Shown here one piece after another: positions 36,254 through 40,413 of a stretch of DNA of 40,413 bases (position 1 is the first letter of the stretch; every line of letters begins with the position of its first letter). Origin of the DNA: a virus (taxonomy: Duplodnaviria; Caudoviricetes); IMG/VR virus record IMGVR_UViG_3300049138_000107, positions 1 through 40,413 of that record. One strand, 5' to 3'. The notes below the pieces were generated by a model that was given only the letters and a program-made list of their open reading frames with translations, was not told the origin of the DNA and made no database searches. A program made the position numbers and the translations under genes.

Positions 36254-36542
36254 GCAGGCATGGCAGGGCTCGGCTCGACCAGGCGCGGCGTGGCAGGGCG
36301 AGGCACGGCAGGTTAGGCAGGGCTCGGCATGGCCTGGCGTGGTCCGGCTTGGCAGGCAGGGCTCGGCACGGTACGGCGTGGCACGGCATGCCTGGGCTGG
36401 GCTAGGCATGGCGCGGCAGGTTAGGCAAGGCCAGGTTGGGCATGGCCCGGCCCGGCGAGGAATGGCACGGCAGGCAGGCAAGGCAGGGCTCGGCGCGGCT
36501 AGGCATGGCTCGGCAAGGCGTGGCATGGCGCGGCAGGCAAGG
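36253..36542 (+). ncRNA. GGY-NN pentamer array, putative guide-RNA locus with five units (10, 8, 12, 10 and 11 pentamers) separated by GGCA
   Basis: Strict 5-nt period with constant GGC/GGT and variable dinucleotides; phase shifts only at GGCA (36253, 36307, 36351, 36415, 36469/36473, 36532). RNA status is inferred. Confidence 0.8.
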
Positions 36543-36578
36543 AAAAAAACGGCACCCAAAAGAACTGGAGGAATTATC

Positions 36579-36815
36579 ATGACCGACCCGATCCCCGCCG
36601 CAGACATCGTCCAGGGACTGCTGCACAACATCCGCGACCGCCAGCAGCAGCGCAGCCGCCTCTACCAGGACATCATCACCGCAGCCGACATCGCCGAACG
36701 CAAAGCCCTCGGCATCCTCATCACCGCCACCCCGGGCGGCACCCTCATGGTCCAGGCCAGCGAGGAAGTCCCGCCCGGCGAAGCCTACGCCCGCCAGGAC
36801 AAGGACAAATCATGA
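36579..36815 (+). CDS. Hypothetical protein
   Basis: RBS GGAGG before ATG 36579. Confidence 0.7.
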   Translation: MTDPIPAADIVQGLLHNIRDRQQQRSRLYQDIITAADIAERKALGILITATPGGTLMVQASEEVPPGEAYARQDKDKS

Positions 36816-37219
36816 GCCCGATCCGCAACCTAATCGACATCCTCCGCCGGGCCCGAATCATCGGCCCGCCCATGACCGAAGCCGCCATCAGGGAGCAGGT
36901 AAACGCCATGACCGACCCCGTCGACATCCTCGCCGCCCTCGACTACACGACACCGTGCCTGGCCGGGCCCGAAGGACTCGTCCTGCGCGAAGACAAGCCC
37001 TGCACCGAGCCCGCCCTGTTCCTCGCCCACGTCCACTATTGCAGCGAACAGGACCGCAGCGGCATGGTCGCGCTCACCTGGTGCCCCGACCACGTCGGCA
37101 TGTACGCGCTCGGCATGCGCTACCTCCTCACCGAATGCCGCGGCATCCTCCCGTGCGGATTCCAGCCCGCCCGGATGAGCGACCTGATCCGCATCCAGAA
37201 ACTGAAGGACCTCCAGTGA
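36812..37219 (+). CDS. Cys-rich hypothetical protein
   Basis: ATGA and GTGA overlaps; several Cys/His residues. Confidence 0.6.
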   Translation: MSPIRNLIDILRRARIIGPPMTEAAIREQVNAMTDPVDILAALDYTTPCLAGPEGLVLREDKPCTEPALFLAHVHYCSEQDRSGMVALTWCPDHVGMYALGMRYLLTECRGILPCGFQPARMSDLIRIQKLKDLQ

Positions 37220-39708
37220 GCAACCCCATCCTCGACACCGCAAAAGAACTCCACGCCGCCGGGATCTCCGTGGTCCCGGTCCAGGCCGACGGATCCAAAC
37301 GGCCCGCAGGCCGGAGCTGGAAGCAATACACCACCGGCCGCGCAACCGCCCCGGAGCTCGACGCCTGGTTCACGACACCCGGATTCGGGCTCGGCGTCGT
37401 CACCGGCGCCATTAGCGGGAACCTGGAAATGGCCGAAGTCGAAGGCCGCGCCGCTGACCGCATCCCGGAGCTCACGCAGCTCGCCGACGCCAGCGGGCTG
37501 GGCGGGCTGTGGCACCGGCTCAACGCCGGATGGGTCGAGCAGTCACCGACCGGCGGCGTCCATTGGCTCTACCGGCTCGACGGCCAGGTCCCCGGGAACA
37601 CGAAGATCGCCAGGACCGCCAAGCGCCTGGTCCTCGCCGAGACAAGAGGTGAGGGCGGATTCGTCGTCGTCGCCCCGTCGGCCGGGACCGTCCACGAAAC
37701 CGGGCGCCCCTGGATCCGGCTCGCGGGCGGCCCGGCGACGGCGCCGAAGCTCACCGCAGAGGACCGTGAAGCCTTCCACCACCTGCTCGCCACGCTCGGC
37801 GAGGACCCGGCCGAACCGGAACCGGAACCGACCCTGGACATCGGCACGACGTCGGTCTTCGGCGCCAACCCGCCCCGCGACGACGACGGGCGGCTCGAAG
37901 GCATCAGCCCGCTCGACGACTACGAGCAGAAAACCGACTGGGCCGACATCCTCGTCCCGGAGGGCTGGACGAAGGTCTTCGAGCGCGGCCGCACCAGGTA
38001 CTGGCGGCGGCCAGGAAAGAACATCGGGATCTCCGCGACCACCGGCAACGCCCAGGACCGCGACCGGCTGTACGTCTTCACCAGCAGCACCGAATTCGAG
38101 CCGGAGCGCCCGTACACCAAACAAGGCGCCTACGCGCTGCTGCACCACGGCGGCGATCACTCGAAGGCCGCCTCCGCGCTCCGCTCGGACAACTTCGGCG
38201 CCGAGCAGAAGATCCGCATCCAGCGCCCCCAGGAACCACCGCAACAGCCCATGACCATCTGGTCGCCGACCGAGGACACCGGCACCGACGGCGCCCTCGC
38301 CCCGGTCATCCAGATCGCCGACCGGCAGCCGAAGGCCGAAGCGACCGTCGCCCACAGCGACGACGGCAACGCCGTCCTCCTCGTCGCCGAGCGCGGCGAC
38401 ATCCTCCGCTACAACCCGGACCGCGGCCGCTGGCTCGTCTGGAACGGCACGGCCTGGAAATGGCAGCCCCACGGCGGCGGCCAAGCCCGCGAGATCGCCA
38501 AAGACGTCATCCGGGCCATGCCCGTCCACAACAACGAAGACCGCAAGCACCAGCGCAAGTCCCTCAACTCGCTCGGCATCTCGAACATGCTCGGCCAGGC
38601 CCAAACAGATCCGGCGATCACCGTGACCAGCGACCAGCTCGACGCCCACCCCTGGGAGCTCAACACCCCGGGCGGCATCCTCGACCTGCGCACCGGCACC
38701 CTGCGCCCGCCGGACCCGACCAGGCTGCACACCAGGACCACCGCCTGCACCCCGGACTTCGAAGCCGACCGCACCCTCTGGCACGGATTCCTGGCCGACA
38801 CCTTCCCCTGCAACGCCGAGCTGGTCGCCTTCATGAAACGCCTGATCGGATACACCGCCGTCGGCGAAGTCCGCGAGCACATACTCCCGTTCGCCCACGG
38901 CGACGGCGGCAACGGCAAAGGCGTCCTCATGGAATCGATCGCCGCGGTCCTCGGCGACTACGCGACCAGCACCGGCAACGGATTCCTCATGGCGTCCTCC
39001 TTCCAACAGCACTCCACCGACATCGCCGGGCTCGCCGGGATCCGCATGGCCATGTGCTCCGAGGTCAACGAAGGCGACCGCTTCGACGAAGCCAAGGTCA
39101 AGCTGCTCACCGGCGGAGACAGACTCACCGCCAGGTTCATGCGACAAGACAACTTCACCTTCACGCCGACGCACACCCTCTGGCTCGCCGGGAACCACCA
39201 GCCGCACGTCACGGCGGGCGGCGACGGATTCTGGCGCCGCCTCCGGCTCATCCCGTTCCTGCACACCGTGCCGGAGGACAAGATCCTTCCCGGCCTCGCC
39301 GACATCCTCGCCAAACAGCACGGCCCCGCGCTGCTCGCCTGGGTCGCCGAGGGCGCCGCGGAATACGCCGCCACCGGGCTGCGCGAGCCCTCCGAGGTCC
39401 GGGCCGCCACGAAGGAATACGCCGCATCCGTCGACACCGTCGGCCGCTTCCTCGAAGACGCCTGCTACACCGGCGCCGCGGGCCGCAGCATGACCGTCAC
39501 GATCGCGCAATTCCGAACCGCCTACGAGGACTGGTGCCGGGCCAACGGCGAGAATCCGCTCAAGGGCAGGACCCTGGCCAAACAGCTCCAGCACCACGGC
39601 GTGCTCGTCGGCCGCGACGCCCCGAAAGGCCCGAACGGCGTCCGCATGTACGGCGGCATCGGCCTGCGCTACCAAGGCGAGCCCAACTGGTGGGAAAGCG
39701 ACCAATGA
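37216..39708 (+). CDS. Bifunctional primase-polymerase fused to a D5/P4-type SF3 helicase
   Basis: Prim-Pol motifs (VVPV..DGSKRP, SPTGGVHWLY, ETRGEGGFVVVAPS); D5_N region; Walker A GDGGNGKG; KLLTGGD. Confidence 0.9.
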   Translation: MSNPILDTAKELHAAGISVVPVQADGSKRPAGRSWKQYTTGRATAPELDAWFTTPGFGLGVVTGAISGNLEMAEVEGRAADRIPELTQLADASGLGGLWHRLNAGWVEQSPTGGVHWLYRLDGQVPGNTKIARTAKRLVLAETRGEGGFVVVAPSAGTVHETGRPWIRLAGGPATAPKLTAEDREAFHHLLATLGEDPAEPEPEPTLDIGTTSVFGANPPRDDDGRLEGISPLDDYEQKTDWADILVPEGWTKVFERGRTRYWRRPGKNIGISATTGNAQDRDRLYVFTSSTEFEPERPYTKQGAYALLHHGGDHSKAASALRSDNFGAEQKIRIQRPQEPPQQPMTIWSPTEDTGTDGALAPVIQIADRQPKAEATVAHSDDGNAVLLVAERGDILRYNPDRGRWLVWNGTAWKWQPHGGGQAREIAKDVIRAMPVHNNEDRKHQRKSLNSLGISNMLGQAQTDPAITVTSDQLDAHPWELNTPGGILDLRTGTLRPPDPTRLHTRTTACTPDFEADRTLWHGFLADTFPCNAELVAFMKRLIGYTAVGEVREHILPFAHGDGGNGKGVLMESIAAVLGDYATSTGNGFLMASSFQQHSTDIAGLAGIRMAMCSEVNEGDRFDEAKVKLLTGGDRLTARFMRQDNFTFTPTHTLWLAGNHQPHVTAGGDGFWRRLRLIPFLHTVPEDKILPGLADILAKQHGPALLAWVAEGAAEYAATGLREPSEVRAATKEYAASVDTVGRFLEDACYTGAAGRSMTVTIAQFRTAYEDWCRANGENPLKGRTLAKQLQHHGVLVGRDAPKGPNGVRMYGGIGLRYQGEPNWWESDQ

Positions 39709-39709
39709 T

Positions 39710-39901
39710 GGCACATCCAGAAAACCCGGCACCAGGTGGCACAACGGGAGCCGAACGAGCCCTCAGCACAGAGCACCTCAGCGCACCTCCAGCAACCCCT
39801 CCTCGACAAAACCCACCAAACACCAAAGGCACATCTAGAGACTTATCAGCTCCCTCACGCGCACGTAGGGAAGGGAATAAGCGAAGTGCCCGTTGTGCCA
39901 C
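39710..39901. repeat. GGCAC-rich direct and inverted repeats, candidate replication origin
   Basis: 13-bp inverted repeat 39736-39748 / 39889-39901; GGCACATC(C/T)AGA at 39710 and 39828. Confidence 0.5.
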
Positions 39902-39950
39902 GCCGCCGCTTTTCGAGCTCGGCGAACCGCACCCGACCGAGCCCGGCAAC

Positions 39951-40331
39951 ATGCCCAAATGGATCACCGAACAGCTCCAGGCCAACCGCAGGCCGACCTA
40001 CCGCCGGGCCGCAGCCTTCGCCCGCTGCCCGGCCTGCAAACAGATCATCCTGACCGGCCTCGACGACGACTGGTGCGCCTTCAACGTCCAGGCCGACCCG
40101 ACACCCATCACCGCCCGCCAGGAGATCGCATGCGCCCTCATCCACCGGCCCACCTACGCCGCCGACATCAGCCGCCGCAACATCGAGCTCGACCGCCGCC
40201 CGTTCCTTGCCCACGGCAAGCCGAGCAGCAGCCCGATCCTTCCCGGACACCGCTGCGGTGCCCGATTCCCCACCTTCCTCTATCCGCCAGAATCGATCAC
40301 CCCAGGAGCCCCCAATGAATGCCCCTTCTGA
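39951..40331 (+). CDS. Cys/His-rich hypothetical protein (start could extend to 39705)
   Basis: CPAC...HRC; protein-like composition from MPKWITEQL onward. Confidence 0.6.
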   Translation: MPKWITEQLQANRRPTYRRAAAFARCPACKQIILTGLDDDWCAFNVQADPTPITARQEIACALIHRPTYAADISRRNIELDRRPFLAHGKPSSSPILPGHRCGARFPTFLYPPESITPGAPNECPF

Positions 40332-40413
40332 GCCGAAGCTCTACATCGCCGGGCCGATGTCCGGCCTGCCAGGATTCAACCGCCCCGCCTTCCACGCCGC
40401 AGCAGCGAAACTC
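40315..40413 (+). CDS. DUF4406 / nucleoside 2-deoxyribosyltransferase-like protein, truncated by the window end
   Basis: KLYIAGPMSGLPGFNRPAFHAAAAKL; RBS AGGAG. Confidence 0.75.
   Translation, partial: MNAPSEPKLYIAGPMSGLPGFNRPAFHAAAAKL

Noticed and set aside
36253-36542. Canonical CRISPR array or simple microsatellite
   Set aside because: There are no 23-50 bp repeats with unique spacers and no cas1/cas2, and the NN positions are too diverse and the punctuation too regular for slippage repeats
36212-36631. ORFs running across the pentamer array (36212..36631 -, 36402..36626 -, and the 36339 extension)
   Set aside because: Their translations simply mirror the 5-nt period; the real downstream gene has its own RBS and ATG at 36579

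Overview
The window covers most of a high-GC temperate siphovirus genome of actinobacteriophage type; a Micrococcales-like host is inferred only from GC content and gene style. It is in the non-integrated form, because attP is intact with arm repeats on both sides. Gene order from the left: ParB-methyltransferase, terminases, an Sm-like small gene, portal-MuF fusion, protease, HK97 capsid, head-tail and tail genes with a -1 frameshift, a tape measure carrying two peptidase motifs, tail fibres, and an amidase lysis cassette. Then come an accessory region, attP (3' half of a tRNA-CAU), a tyrosine integrase, repressor/Cro/Xis, a Cas4-like exonuclease, an SSB-like protein and a primase-polymerase/helicase. 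The standout is 35214-36542: a Cas7/RAMP-like gene, a partner gene and a non-coding array of GGY-NN pentamers cut by GGCA into five units. Hand-decoding the NN dinucleotides as antisense first-two-codon bases gives a tyrosine integrase catalytic motif (AMTLDIYADLF) and a primase-polymerase motif (SGG-I/M-HW-L/F-Y). This suggests a wobble-skipping RNA-guided system aimed at competing phages or elements, matching my recollection of VIPR-type systems. All calls come from reading motifs by eye; no searches were run.
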